Positions 6,781 to 16,232 are shown, numbered from the stretch's first letter. The stretch is 32,000 nt of DNA from Aeropyrum pernix K1 (GCF_000011125.1 NC_000854.2:1440001-1472000); one strand, 5' to 3'. The notes: a model not told the origin generated them from the letters alone. A program made the numbers and translations.

Positions 6781-9780
6781 ATGTCTAGCCTAGTCGGTCT
6801 GCACTACGCCACGGTTCTACCGCTGGCAGCTTACCTACTACTAGCCGTTGTTATTCTGCTTCTCGCTATGGGGAGAGATGGCGCGGCGAGGAAAACATTC
6901 ACAGCTAGCTTGCTTATGATAGTGCTTGGCTGGATCCCCTATATTGCTGCGTTCCTCCTGCTCGACTATAGTCTTGATGAGGTTGCGAAAAACGCGTCAG
7001 ACGAGTTATCGCCGTACCTGCGGATCGGGGCTGCATGGTCCGGGGGCGGCGGTAGCCTTTATCTCTTCTCCGCTTTCCTATCACTAGCAATCCTGCTTCA
7101 AATGCTGCTTAACAAGGGCTTGAATAGGCGTGCCATGGCCGTTTTCACGCTTCTAGTATTAACTTCGATGACTTCAGCAACTCTCATGGGAGCTTTCGGA
7201 ACCGGACCGGGAGAGCGGGGAGGGCTAGGCATAAATCCTGTTCTAAAGAACTACTGGGTTGTACCCCACCCAACTACAACCTTCCTGGGCTACAGCTTCA
7301 TATTAGTAGGGTCTGTAGCTCTGGTACTAGGTTATTATAGAACAGGCCTTCCAATTCAGCTTCTGGGCCTCGCGTTTCTCACCTTCGGCCTCGTCTTCGG
7401 CGGCATGTGGAGCTACGAGACATTTGGGTGGGGAGGCTACTGGGCATGGGACCCTGTCGAGACAAGCCAGCTCGCGGTCTGGCTTGCAACGGTCGCCTCG
7501 ATACATATGATAGGCCCCCTTAGGAGCCTTAACCGGGGGTTCGCTGCGTATGCCGCCAGCTCCGTATTCTTAGCTCTCTATGTTACTAGGAGCGGGGTTA
7601 GCCCTCTACACAGCTTTGCGGCAGAGAGCTTTTCCGCGGTTCTACTGTTATCGGCTTCACTGGTAATGCTGGCTCTCTCGATGCTACTATTTTCAGAGGG
7701 TGTCGGAGAGACTCTCGAGAAGTGGAAGAGCCGTCTTCAGGACGCGCGCTGGCCCCCTAGAATTGCGGAGATGAATCTCTCGAACATACTTCTGACGGTT
7801 GGCTCTGTGTCTATTGCCCTCTCAGCACTTATAGTCTACTCGTCGCTGTTAACACCATCAGTGTTAAAGCTAGTTGGTCTCGATACTCAGCCTCCATCGT
7901 TTGAGCAGGGGGTGAGGTTCTACAATAGACTACTCATACCTCTAGCTCTTGTCTCCCTCTATGCGGTGGCCGGTTACTACGTCTCTGTTAGGGCAGGGGC
8001 GAAGGCGGCTTACAGTCTATTCGCAACACTGACTGTTGTTCTAGCCATAATGGGCCTGGCTACGGTCAAGAATACCATAATTATATCCCCCCTTTCCGAC
8101 ACGACCACAAACCTAGCCTCCGCTACCCTACTAGCCGCGGGCTCGATATCGGGATCAGTGCTACTAGCTATGTCACTCTGGATGTTATATGGCATGGTAA
8201 AGGGTAAGGTAGCAAAGAGTGTACACACACTCAGGATAGTGCTTGAGAAGCTAGTGCACGCCACTATGATTATGATACTTGTTTCTGTGGCCATGAGCGG
8301 TAGCTATGCTTACAACCAGGGATACAGCGAAGAGGTCTTAGTACCGTTAGGCGGAGAAGTTAGCGTTATGGGGGTCACCATATCATACGAGGGCTACGAT
8401 TATGAATTACACCAGGGTACGGTGGATCTAAAGAATAATCTCGACCCTTCAAGCGCCATTTTGATTACAGCCAGGGAAGCCCTAAACATGATGGATGAGG
8501 ATTTATCTTCGACTATCAGGGAATATAGGCTTGCATCAGCGGAATCCCAGTCAGACCGGACTCTTCAGACTCTTCTAAAGGCTTCAGCCAGCAACTCCGA
8601 ATATAGGGGCGTCTTCACCTCAACCAGAGGTGTAGCTGATGCTGCAGTTGTCGATGTGAGAACAGGAGAAAATATATCTAACATTCAAACGGCTGGAGAA
8701 ACGGTTCTTCAGCTTGAAGACCCTACACTTGAGGTCACAATAGATCCCAAGCTCGACCCGGAGACTGGGAGGATAGAGGGAGGTGCTCTGAGCGTTGTCT
8801 TCTACCCTGAGAGGCTTGTGGTGTATGGGATCGGCAGCCCCGTGTCACTTGATCCTTATTCATACTTATATGTTCGGTTCCGTGAGCCGGTGGAGATTAA
8901 TTTGGACGATATAACTGTGAATATGGAGGAAGTAGTCGTTTATTCTACTGGTGGCAGTAGCATAGAGGGTGTGGTATCGGGGCAATCTGTCCTATTCGAG
9001 GGTGTAGCCATTAGGGTAGTTTCGGGGGAGTTATCGTTCGGTTCTATGAACATAGAGTTGCCGTACCAGCTGGATAGGGGTGAATTCTTCTACTTTATGG
9101 TTTATAAGGGTCAGGCTGAGGTTTTAGATGATATCTTGTCTTCCAGCATATCCGACCTTCTAGAGTCTGGAATAGCGGGACTGGCAGCCGGAGAAGATAT
9201 GGACGATTTTAATGTGCCTAGGAGAGCCCCGGCTGGAGTCAGTCTTAGACTGTTCATGGAGGTTAACGGGGAGCCTGTGGAGGCTGATCTACGGTTCGAG
9301 GCTAACGGGGAGGCTATAGGGATACATGGCCTTGTGATAGACACAATAATATTGAGGAGGGGGCTAACGAATGTATACATAACAGTACAGGCGCCCCTAG
9401 TCAGCGGCCACTTCGGGGAATATCACGAGCTCATGGTTTATTATTTAAATGAAGCTATGAACACCCTCAGGCCAGAAGAGTACTTGGCCCTTGCTTCGGT
9501 GATGGCTGCAGGCTACAATATAGCGAGCATAGTATCCTCGCCCAGTAAAGAGAGGGCCGCGCTAGAGGTAGAGAGAGCTACGATAGACCTGTACCTGCTC
9601 TCGGAGAAGTTAGATGAGAAGCGTTCAAGCGCGGCTGAGGGAATAGTTGTTAGTGTGAAGATAGTTCCTGGGGTTCCGCTCCTCTGGTTAACTGGCGTGC
9701 TAGCAGGGGTCCTCCTGCTTGCTATGGCTTCTATCCACTTCTACCTGGGCTTCAGGCAGGGCCGACTTATTGATACTTAG
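6781..9780 (+). CDS. ccmF: CcmF-type cytochrome c heme lyase (System I) with greatly expanded extracytoplasmic domain
   Basis: 999 aa, starting 18 nt after the upstream gene. By-eye alignment to E. coli CcmF: RIGAAWSGGGGSLYLF, INPVLKNYWVVPHP (H163), the WWD motif GWGGYWAWDPVETSQLAVW (aa 216-234), IHM (H242), SGVSPLHSFA (H277) and LVHATMIM (H493). Hydrophilic block aa ~508-962 is followed by a final TM helix. Confidence 0.85.
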   Translation: MSSLVGLHYATVLPLAAYLLLAVVILLLAMGRDGAARKTFTASLLMIVLGWIPYIAAFLLLDYSLDEVAKNASDELSPYLRIGAAWSGGGGSLYLFSAFLSLAILLQMLLNKGLNRRAMAVFTLLVLTSMTSATLMGAFGTGPGERGGLGINPVLKNYWVVPHPTTTFLGYSFILVGSVALVLGYYRTGLPIQLLGLAFLTFGLVFGGMWSYETFGWGGYWAWDPVETSQLAVWLATVASIHMIGPLRSLNRGFAAYAASSVFLALYVTRSGVSPLHSFAAESFSAVLLLSASLVMLALSMLLFSEGVGETLEKWKSRLQDARWPPRIAEMNLSNILLTVGSVSIALSALIVYSSLLTPSVLKLVGLDTQPPSFEQGVRFYNRLLIPLALVSLYAVAGYYVSVRAGAKAAYSLFATLTVVLAIMGLATVKNTIIISPLSDTTTNLASATLLAAGSISGSVLLAMSLWMLYGMVKGKVAKSVHTLRIVLEKLVHATMIMILVSVAMSGSYAYNQGYSEEVLVPLGGEVSVMGVTISYEGYDYELHQGTVDLKNNLDPSSAILITAREALNMMDEDLSSTIREYRLASAESQSDRTLQTLLKASASNSEYRGVFTSTRGVADAAVVDVRTGENISNIQTAGETVLQLEDPTLEVTIDPKLDPETGRIEGGALSVVFYPERLVVYGIGSPVSLDPYSYLYVRFREPVEINLDDITVNMEEVVVYSTGGSSIEGVVSGQSVLFEGVAIRVVSGELSFGSMNIELPYQLDRGEFFYFMVYKGQAEVLDDILSSSISDLLESGIAGLAAGEDMDDFNVPRRAPAGVSLRLFMEVNGEPVEADLRFEANGEAIGIHGLVIDTIILRRGLTNVYITVQAPLVSGHFGEYHELMVYYLNEAMNTLRPEEYLALASVMAAGYNIASIVSSPSKERAALEVERATIDLYLLSEKLDEKRSSAAEGIVVSVKIVPGVPLLWLTGVLAGVLLLAMASIHFYLGFRQGRLIDT

Positions 9781-9913
9781 ATTTACGTTATAGATTTCAA
9801 GTACATATTTTGTAGTGACGTGAGAAAAGTATGTATAACCTTATCAGACACTAGTATATCAGGTCTGTCGTACAAAAATGATACCGGTTAATGTTTGGTT
9901 GTGATATAGAACT

Positions 9914-12151
9914 ATGTTAAAGGCTTTTGGAGGAGCATCTATAGCCCTTGTAACGGCTTTGCTGCTTCTCCTCGTCATAATACTCTCTCCAATCCAGGGA
10001 GCAGTTTCCGCTGCCTATAGTGTTCTCGTAGACGACTCGCATACTTACGGTAGAAGTATAGTTTACAATGCAATAAGCTCTAAAACTGGAATAGCGCCCC
10101 TCCAATATAGTGATGCGGCTGCAGGCACCATTTATAGTGATGGAGCGTTCGACGGCTTAATCACGCTGTACTATGGTACAATACCGTTTGCCACCGCGAG
10201 GTGGGATAGTAACTGGTCAGGCGATGACGTGTTTAACGATGTAGCCGCAAGTAGTCAGGCATCAGCCACGGTAGTGGGGTATACGAAGAAGTCTTACAGC
10301 CTGGGCGTCATCGCCGAGTACAATAACAATGGTCTCCTCCTTAACAATTACGTGTTCGGAGTCGGCGGGGCAAAACATGTAACAGTGAACGGTATAGTCT
10401 ATAGTCCTGCGCACAGCGCCTATGTTATAGTGGGTGACCTCGAGGGCGTCTCCTGGGCGCCCAAGGCAGGCTTCATAGCCATAGGAAACGCATCTGGCAT
10501 AGGAGGCATCGTAAAAGTAATACTAGCCTACAGTAGCTTCGAGAAGGTCGACGTGGTTAAGGACCCCTCTAACACCCGCTACGGCTATATAGCGGTAGCC
10601 GCAACATTCTTCAACAATACCGACATGAGCTTCGACGACGCCGGTGTTGTTCTTCTAGACCCCAATCTAAACCTCGTTACCTCGATGTACATAGACCTCC
10701 CTGGGCATGAGAAGGGGCTGGACGTCGCTTTTAACGGGTCTGAAGTAGTCCTTGCGGGCCAGAGCGTAGATTCCTCAGGAGGGAGTCATGGTTTCCTCTC
10801 GGCCAGCAAATACGACTTCGCGAACGACCTCTGGGCTAACATCTGGCACATGATTATAGACACGCCGGTGGACGATGCTGTCACTGGCGTGGACCTTAAA
10901 GCAGGCGTGATATACGTATCAGGCTACACCTCGATGCAGACTAACGGGCAGGCGACGGCGTTCGTAGGCTTCATAGACGGCGGCCCATCCCAGACAGTCC
11001 TCCTCGACTACACTGGCGGGAGCACGGTGTTCAACGATGTAAAGGCCGACGGCAACCAGTTTATACACGCCGCTGGCAAAGTCGTTGGACAGCCGTTCCC
11101 AGGCACCCTCTCCCAAAGCAGCATCACACCAATCATTTCGCAGCAGATTGTAGCTAACAGGAGTGACACGCTCAAGGACCTCGAGGCCAGAAACACGGAT
11201 GTCTCCGGGAGTTCGCAGCTTATAAGCCCTGTATACGATAACCCTACAACCCTAAGCGGCCTCTATGTAGTGCTTGCGCCGAAGGATGAAGGCGGGGGCA
11301 CCGATACGTCCACAACGACGACAACGACAATAACGACAATAACGATAACCGGTACTAGAACTACCACGACCTACACGACATTCCCAGGAACGGTAACGCC
11401 AACCTTCCCACAGCAGCCATACTGTATAGACATAAGCACCGGAAGCGAAGCACCCGGGGTACTCGACCCACTCGGCACTTTTGAAAACCCGGTAACTCAG
11501 GCGCCCGACTGGGGGACCAGCCAACCCCTAGGGAGGCCCGTCTCTTCAGTACAGCTGAGTGCGTGGCCCTCATTCCAGGGGGTCCAAGGCTTCCCCGGCC
11601 AGTGGATAACAGCCTACTTTGACCTTCAAGACCCCAGCAAGCCCGACTATAACACCACAAACAGGCCTGTAACAACATACGCCATAAGCTTCTACCTACC
11701 AGCTCCAGGGCAGCTCGTCATGGAGTGGAGTGCCGACGACTCCGGAGAGCTATTCATAGATGGAACGCTAGTTCAAACACACTCCGGCCAGAACGCCTTC
11801 CAGACGACAACCTCCTACCAAACAAGCCTCCTCCAGGGGAACCACACAATAGAAATCAGAGTGATGGACGAGCACGCCCACTACACGGGGCTGTTTGTAA
11901 GTGGCAGCGTCTGCGTTAACGCCTGCACACCAGAGACAGTAACAACCACTGTATATGCGCCGGGAGTCACAACATCAGTCGCGACAAAGACCGATGAGGG
12001 AGCCCAGGCTACAGTCACGTCACTCATACCGGAGGACGAAGGACCTCTCTCCAGCCTGCTAGACTCTATACCAGGCGGTATAGCTGGCGCTATTGCTATA
12101 ATAGCGGGCCTGGTTATAGCAACAGGAGTAGCATATAGAATATTGAAGTGA
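9914..12151 (+). CDS. Secreted surface protein: beta-rich N-domain, internal Thr stalk, PA14-like C-domain, C-terminal TM anchor
   Basis: 745 aa. Signal-like N-terminus (IALVTALLLLLVIILSPIQGAVSA). Poly-Thr stalk TSTTTTTTITTITITGTRTTTTYTT. The C-domain motif VMEWSADDSGELFIDGTLV...GNHTIEIRV resembles PA14-type beta-sandwiches. Second Thr-rich stretch, then a TM helix and the tail YRILK. Confidence 0.7.
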   Translation: MLKAFGGASIALVTALLLLLVIILSPIQGAVSAAYSVLVDDSHTYGRSIVYNAISSKTGIAPLQYSDAAAGTIYSDGAFDGLITLYYGTIPFATARWDSNWSGDDVFNDVAASSQASATVVGYTKKSYSLGVIAEYNNNGLLLNNYVFGVGGAKHVTVNGIVYSPAHSAYVIVGDLEGVSWAPKAGFIAIGNASGIGGIVKVILAYSSFEKVDVVKDPSNTRYGYIAVAATFFNNTDMSFDDAGVVLLDPNLNLVTSMYIDLPGHEKGLDVAFNGSEVVLAGQSVDSSGGSHGFLSASKYDFANDLWANIWHMIIDTPVDDAVTGVDLKAGVIYVSGYTSMQTNGQATAFVGFIDGGPSQTVLLDYTGGSTVFNDVKADGNQFIHAAGKVVGQPFPGTLSQSSITPIISQQIVANRSDTLKDLEARNTDVSGSSQLISPVYDNPTTLSGLYVVLAPKDEGGGTDTSTTTTTTITTITITGTRTTTTYTTFPGTVTPTFPQQPYCIDISTGSEAPGVLDPLGTFENPVTQAPDWGTSQPLGRPVSSVQLSAWPSFQGVQGFPGQWITAYFDLQDPSKPDYNTTNRPVTTYAISFYLPAPGQLVMEWSADDSGELFIDGTLVQTHSGQNAFQTTTSYQTSLLQGNHTIEIRVMDEHAHYTGLFVSGSVCVNACTPETVTTTVYAPGVTTSVATKTDEGAQATVTSLIPEDEGPLSSLLDSIPGGIAGAIAIIAGLVIATGVAYRILK
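11324..11350 (+). repeat. 9-bp tandem repeat (ACGACAATA x2 plus degenerate ACGATAACC) inside the poly-Thr stalk coding region
   Basis: Read directly: acgacaata (11324-11332), acgacaata (11333-11341), acgataacc (11342-11350). It encodes TTI-TTI-TIT. Confidence 0.7.
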
Positions 12152-12326
12152 ATAAAACAACAAGCAATAAGGAATATCTATATAAACTTTGAGTCAAGCC
12201 CGGCTCAACTCTTTTTCTCAGGGTGGGTGGGGAGGTCTCCTATCCCCTCCAAGCCCTATCAAGATCATCCTTGTTTAAATGGGTTTACTCATTAATTATC
12301 CAGGGGTGGAATTCGGGGTAGGGTTT

Positions 12327-13142
12327 ATGTCCCGATTGAACATAGCTGTTCTCCAGGTTGCGTCAACGCGTGAAAAGGATGCCAATCTAGAATCTGTTAA
12401 AAGGCTTGCCTCGCGTGTAAAGAACTCGCCTGATATAGTGTTGACGCCGGAGTACCTCATGTTAGACCCTACGGGGCTGGGCAGGGATGCTATATATGAT
12501 GCTGCTGAGGACCTGGAGGGCCGTTGGTCCCGGGAGCTCTCTAAGATAGCCGAGAGCCTGGGGTCCTGCCTCCTTGGGCATCTGTTCCTCAAAACCCCCT
12601 CTGGCAGGGTTGCCAACGCTGCTGTGTTGTACAGTAGAGATGGCGGGATAATTGGTGTTTACCGTAAGACACACCTCTTCGACGCCTACGGCTATGTGGA
12701 GAGTAGCTTCACAGAGCCGGGTGACGAGCTCTGGGAACCCCGTAAGGCTTGCGGAGCAAGCATAGGAGTTGCGATTTGTTACGAGCTCCGGTTTCCCGAA
12801 ATTTTCAGGACACAATCTCTAGTTGGGGGTGTTGACATCTTCCTTGTACCAGCCGCATGGTATAGAGGGCCAGGTAAAGAGGAGGCTCTGAGCGTCCTAT
12901 CTAGGGCTAGAGCCCAAGAAAACACTTCATATGTAGCAGTTGCATCAAATGCTGGAGCCAACTTCGTAGGGCGCAGCATGATAATACACCCACTCGGCTA
13001 CACCCTCGCACAAGCCCCCCCTTGGGAGTGGGTGCTCGAACACGAGATCGATCTAAGGGAGATTGAGAGGGCCCGCAAGTCGTTGCCAGTGTTGGAGCAT
13101 GTGAAACCACATCTATACAGGTATCTTATGAAGCAGGGTTAG
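12327..13142 (+). CDS. Carbon-nitrogen hydrolase (nitrilase superfamily amidase)
   Basis: Catalytic triad context: LTPEY (Glu), YRKTHLFD (Lys), VAICYELRFPE (Cys). The ORF track starts at 12279, but homologues begin near MSRLNIAVLQV. The ATG at 12327 lies ~30 nt downstream of TTAATTAT (12290-12299). Confidence 0.8.
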   Translation: MSRLNIAVLQVASTREKDANLESVKRLASRVKNSPDIVLTPEYLMLDPTGLGRDAIYDAAEDLEGRWSRELSKIAESLGSCLLGHLFLKTPSGRVANAAVLYSRDGGIIGVYRKTHLFDAYGYVESSFTEPGDELWEPRKACGASIGVAICYELRFPEIFRTQSLVGGVDIFLVPAAWYRGPGKEEALSVLSRARAQENTSYVAVASNAGANFVGRSMIIHPLGYTLAQAPPWEWVLEHEIDLREIERARKSLPVLEHVKPHLYRYLMKQG

Positions 13143-13326
13143 AGACAAGCAGCCTCGTCAGCCGGCACCCTGCAGTTTAAGAGTGTTTTGTCGACTCCAT
13201 TAATTATATTCATACAGCCTCATTTAGTAGCGTCTTTTCCCTTTATCGTCAACTCGCGGTTTAATTCCGCACAGAGGCCCGGGGGCCCACTCGTTTAGGA
13301 AGGCTTGTGTTAGTCGGTTTTTCGAC

Positions 13327-13344
13327 TTTTCAAAATTTTCAAAA
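13327..13344 (+). repeat. Perfect tandem 9-mer TTTTCAAAA x2 upstream of the peroxiredoxin promoter
   Basis: Read directly at 13327-13335 and 13336-13344, ~20 nt upstream of the TATA-like box at 13362-13369. Confidence 0.6.
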
Positions 13345-13361
13345 TAGGGATATGTGTTAGT

Positions 13362-13369
13362 GTTTATAG
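13362..13369 (+). promoter_or_regulatory. TATA-like box (GTTTATAG) of the peroxiredoxin gene
   Basis: AT-rich box ~75 nt upstream of the ATG. AT palindromes AATAATTATT (13376-13385) and TTAATATTAA (13391-13400) follow it, near the expected TSS. Confidence 0.4.
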
Positions 13370-13425
13370 GCACGCAATAATTATTAACCATTAATATTAA
13401 CGGAGAAGACTGTTAGATAAACAGT

Positions 13426-13433
13426 GGAGGTGA
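13426..13433 (+). promoter_or_regulatory. Shine-Dalgarno sequence GGAGGTGA for the peroxiredoxin gene
   Basis: Full complement of the archaeal 16S 3' end (UCACCUCC), 6 nt before the ATG at 13440. Confidence 0.6.
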
Positions 13434-13439
13434 GGGGAT

Positions 13440-14192
13440 ATGCCCGGGAGCATACCCCTGATCGGAGAGAGATTCCCTGAAATGGAGGTTACTACAGACC
13501 ACGGTGTAATCAAGCTACCAGACCACTATGTGAGCCAGGGTAAGTGGTTCGTGCTGTTCAGCCATCCAGCAGATTTCACTCCCGTCTGCACGACAGAGTT
13601 CGTCAGCTTTGCTAGGAGATACGAGGACTTCCAGAGGCTTGGAGTCGACCTGATAGGTCTCAGCGTTGACAGTGTGTTCAGCCACATAAAGTGGAAGGAG
13701 TGGATTGAGAGGCACATTGGCGTTAGGATACCGTTCCCGATAATAGCGGATCCGCAGGGAACTGTGGCTAGGAGGCTGGGTCTACTTCACGCCGAGAGCG
13801 CCACACACACGGTTAGAGGGGTATTCATAGTCGATGCTAGGGGCGTTATCAGGACTATGCTCTACTACCCCATGGAGCTTGGCAGACTTGTAGACGAGAT
13901 ACTGAGGATAGTTAAGGCCCTGAAGCTAGGCGACAGCCTGAAGAGGGCAGTACCCGCAGACTGGCCCAACAACGAGATAATTGGTGAGGGACTCATAGTT
14001 CCGCCGCCAACTACGGAGGACCAGGCGAGGGCGAGGATGGAGTCGGGCCAGTACCGCTGTCTAGACTGGTGGTTCTGCTGGGACACTCCAGCAAGCAGGG
14101 ACGACGTGGAGGAGGCTAGGAGATACCTCAGAAGGGCCGCTGAGAAGCCCGCTAAGCTGCTCTATGAGGAAGCCCGAACACACCTACACTAG
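13440..14192 (+). CDS. Peroxiredoxin (Prx6-type thioredoxin peroxidase, ApTPx-like)
   Basis: 250 aa. Peroxidatic Cys in [12 protein letters not shown] and a C-terminal Cys pair in RCLDWWFCW. The whole sequence reads like the A. pernix thioredoxin peroxidase as I recall it. Confidence 0.95.
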   Translation: MPGSIPLIGERFPEMEVTTDHGVIKLPDHYVSQGKWFVLFSHPADFTPVCTTEFVSFARRYEDFQRLGVDLIGLSVDSVFSHIKWKEWIERHIGVRIPFPIIADPQGTVARRLGLLHAESATHTVRGVFIVDARGVIRTMLYYPMELGRLVDEILRIVKALKLGDSLKRAVPADWPNNEIIGEGLIVPPPTTEDQARARMESGQYRCLDWWFCWDTPASRDDVEEARRYLRRAAEKPAKLLYEEARTHLH

Positions 14193-14278
14193 CCAAACAG
14201 TATTTAACCGTGTCATGTAGCCTCACTTCCTTTACATCCTCGCTTTGTTTTTATTATATAAGCTGAAATCCGCTGGAC

Positions 14279-16195
14279 TTATCTTAGCATCCTTGAAATA
14301 GCTGCTCCTAAGAGGAGAGAGAGTATAGCTACTAGGAGTATTGCTATTGAGTACGCTTCAACCCCGTGTTCGACGGGAACCATGTTTTCTATGGTTCTAG
14401 TGACCGTTACTGTAGATTCCCTCGTCACAGTCGTAACATAGATAGTCTCGGTACTTGTAGATTCTAAATTTGAACCAGGCGAACTAGGCTTCTCGCCTAT
14501 GCCTAGAGCTAGTGCTACGGCGTCGAGGTAGAGTAGTGCTTTGCTAGATGTAAGCAGTAGTTGAATGCCTTCCATCGCGTCAATAGAGGCGAGGGCGGCC
14601 TTGGGGTATTGAGAGGAGTCTTCTGGTAGCCGGGAGGCTATGTAGCCTGCCAGTGCTGTTATCCCCTGTGCTGTAGCTTCGGGGTCTAGAGTGAACGCCT
14701 CGTGTAGGTACGATGACGCGGCTGCTATAGCCTCTATAGAGTAGCCGGCTGTCTCAAGCGGGTTGTCCTTAGTAGAGAGGGCTAGGCTAACAAGATACTC
14801 AGCCCTTTCGTACCCCCGCTTACCGGTTTCGCTACCTATCTGTATGACGTAGGCCGTTGTAGTCGCAGCTTGAGACTCCATAACCCTCGCTAGCTTCTCA
14901 AGTACGGCGCCCTCCAGAGGCGCGCCCGATTGCGAGGCCTCCGCTACCGTGGCCCAGAGTCCTGCCCACCGGGCTAGTGAGAGAGCGGAGGAAACCCTCA
15001 GAACTCCCTCATAGTTCGCTTCCCCGAGAATGCTCACCGGTATGAAATACCTTCCATTCTTCTCAACTAGCATGCCTAGGCCGTTGGAGTACTCGTAGGA
15101 CGCTTCTCCAAGGACACCGTACGCTTTGAGAACTGCATCGAGGTTAGCCACGGTAACCTCCTCAATTCCCCCCAGCTTCTCCATGACCCCAGCGATGCTG
15201 TTTCGAGACTCCTCCACAAGCTCTGTTACATCGAAGTCACCATCCTTCGCTTCACTTACTTCAATAGACGCCCTGGCATACGAATAAGCCAGGGTTGCGT
15301 ACACTGCGGATGCATAGTAGAAGTCGTCATTAGCCAAGTCTAATGCCCTGTCTGACAGTTCTAAAGCCTTCTGGGCAAGCACGTTATCGCTATCACCTGC
15401 AAGGCTTCTCGCTAGGTTGACGGTCTCCAGCGTATACTGGCTGAGAGTAGCTGTCAACTGCTGAGAAGGGCTTGGAGGAACCCTAGCTTCTGGGACGGGT
15501 AACCCTAGTGCTTCAGCTGCCTCTGCTAGAGTGCTGACACCTATCACGTTAACGCCGAGGCTCCTACCATACTCAACTAGGTCTATGGAAATCGGTGTAG
15601 ACACTATCCTCACTATAGGCCCGTTCCTCTCAACCTTCCTAGCTATATATGTGTACTTCTCCTGCCCGTGGGGTATGAGGAAAACCTTCGCCCCCGAAGA
15701 GGCGGCGGCCTCCAGCTTCTCCTTCAACCCTCCGACAGGCCCCACACTGGTGTCGGGTAGTATCATACCTGTGGCGGCATAACCGTCTAGGCAAGACCCG
15801 GTTGTCAGGAGAGAGTAAGTCGCGAGGGCCATAGCCAGCCCCGCGCTCGGCCCGCCCACAACAATACTCTTAGACTCTAGAACATAGTAGAAGTCTAGGC
15901 TCGACATGTCAACGCCGGCCGCAAGACTGGCCGCGAAGGCGGCAACCCTAGCGCTGCCTAGCGTATCCAGCTGGCTAGCCGGGCTTGTTGAGATGTAGAC
16001 TCTCCCTTCTCCAGGATACCTAACCGTAACTATAAGCCTCCCGGTGGCACCCTCCCCCGAGCTGGATACGGCAACTATGATTGACTCGCATGAAGCCTGG
16101 AAGCCGTCTTCACTATTAGATAGAGCGGTGAGGGCAGGAGCTGATGCTACGAGAATAATGGTTAGAAGGACGGCCAGGTACACAATTATTCTCAA
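14279..16195 (-). CDS. Secreted, membrane-anchored Lon-type (S16) serine protease domain protein with large helical ectodomain (archaeal serine protease, COG1750-like)
   Basis: Ser motif VVGGPSAGLAMALA and Lys motif VGGLKEKLEAAASSGAKVFLIP match the Lon Ser-Lys dyad context. Signal helix IIVYLAVLLTIILVASAPALTA, a Thr-rich stalk (TSTETIYVTTVTRESTVTVTRT), a TM helix and the tail RMLR. The maximal ORF starts at 16354 and overlaps ribL by 31 nt. I prefer the TTG at 16195 or the GTG at 16183, downstream of the minus-sense TATATTTAAT at 16233-16242. Confidence 0.8.
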   Translation of the reverse strand: MRIIVYLAVLLTIILVASAPALTALSNSEDGFQASCESIIVAVSSSGEGATGRLIVTVRYPGEGRVYISTSPASQLDTLGSARVAAFAASLAAGVDMSSLDFYYVLESKSIVVGGPSAGLAMALATYSLLTTGSCLDGYAATGMILPDTSVGPVGGLKEKLEAAASSGAKVFLIPHGQEKYTYIARKVERNGPIVRIVSTPISIDLVEYGRSLGVNVIGVSTLAEAAEALGLPVPEARVPPSPSQQLTATLSQYTLETVNLARSLAGDSDNVLAQKALELSDRALDLANDDFYYASAVYATLAYSYARASIEVSEAKDGDFDVTELVEESRNSIAGVMEKLGGIEEVTVANLDAVLKAYGVLGEASYEYSNGLGMLVEKNGRYFIPVSILGEANYEGVLRVSSALSLARWAGLWATVAEASQSGAPLEGAVLEKLARVMESQAATTTAYVIQIGSETGKRGYERAEYLVSLALSTKDNPLETAGYSIEAIAAASSYLHEAFTLDPEATAQGITALAGYIASRLPEDSSQYPKAALASIDAMEGIQLLLTSSKALLYLDAVALALGIGEKPSSPGSNLESTSTETIYVTTVTRESTVTVTRTIENMVPVEHGVEAYSIAILLVAILSLLLGAAISRMLR

Positions 16196-16232
16196 CCCTA
16201 AACCCCGTGGTGGAAAGGGATTTTTGTCGAAG

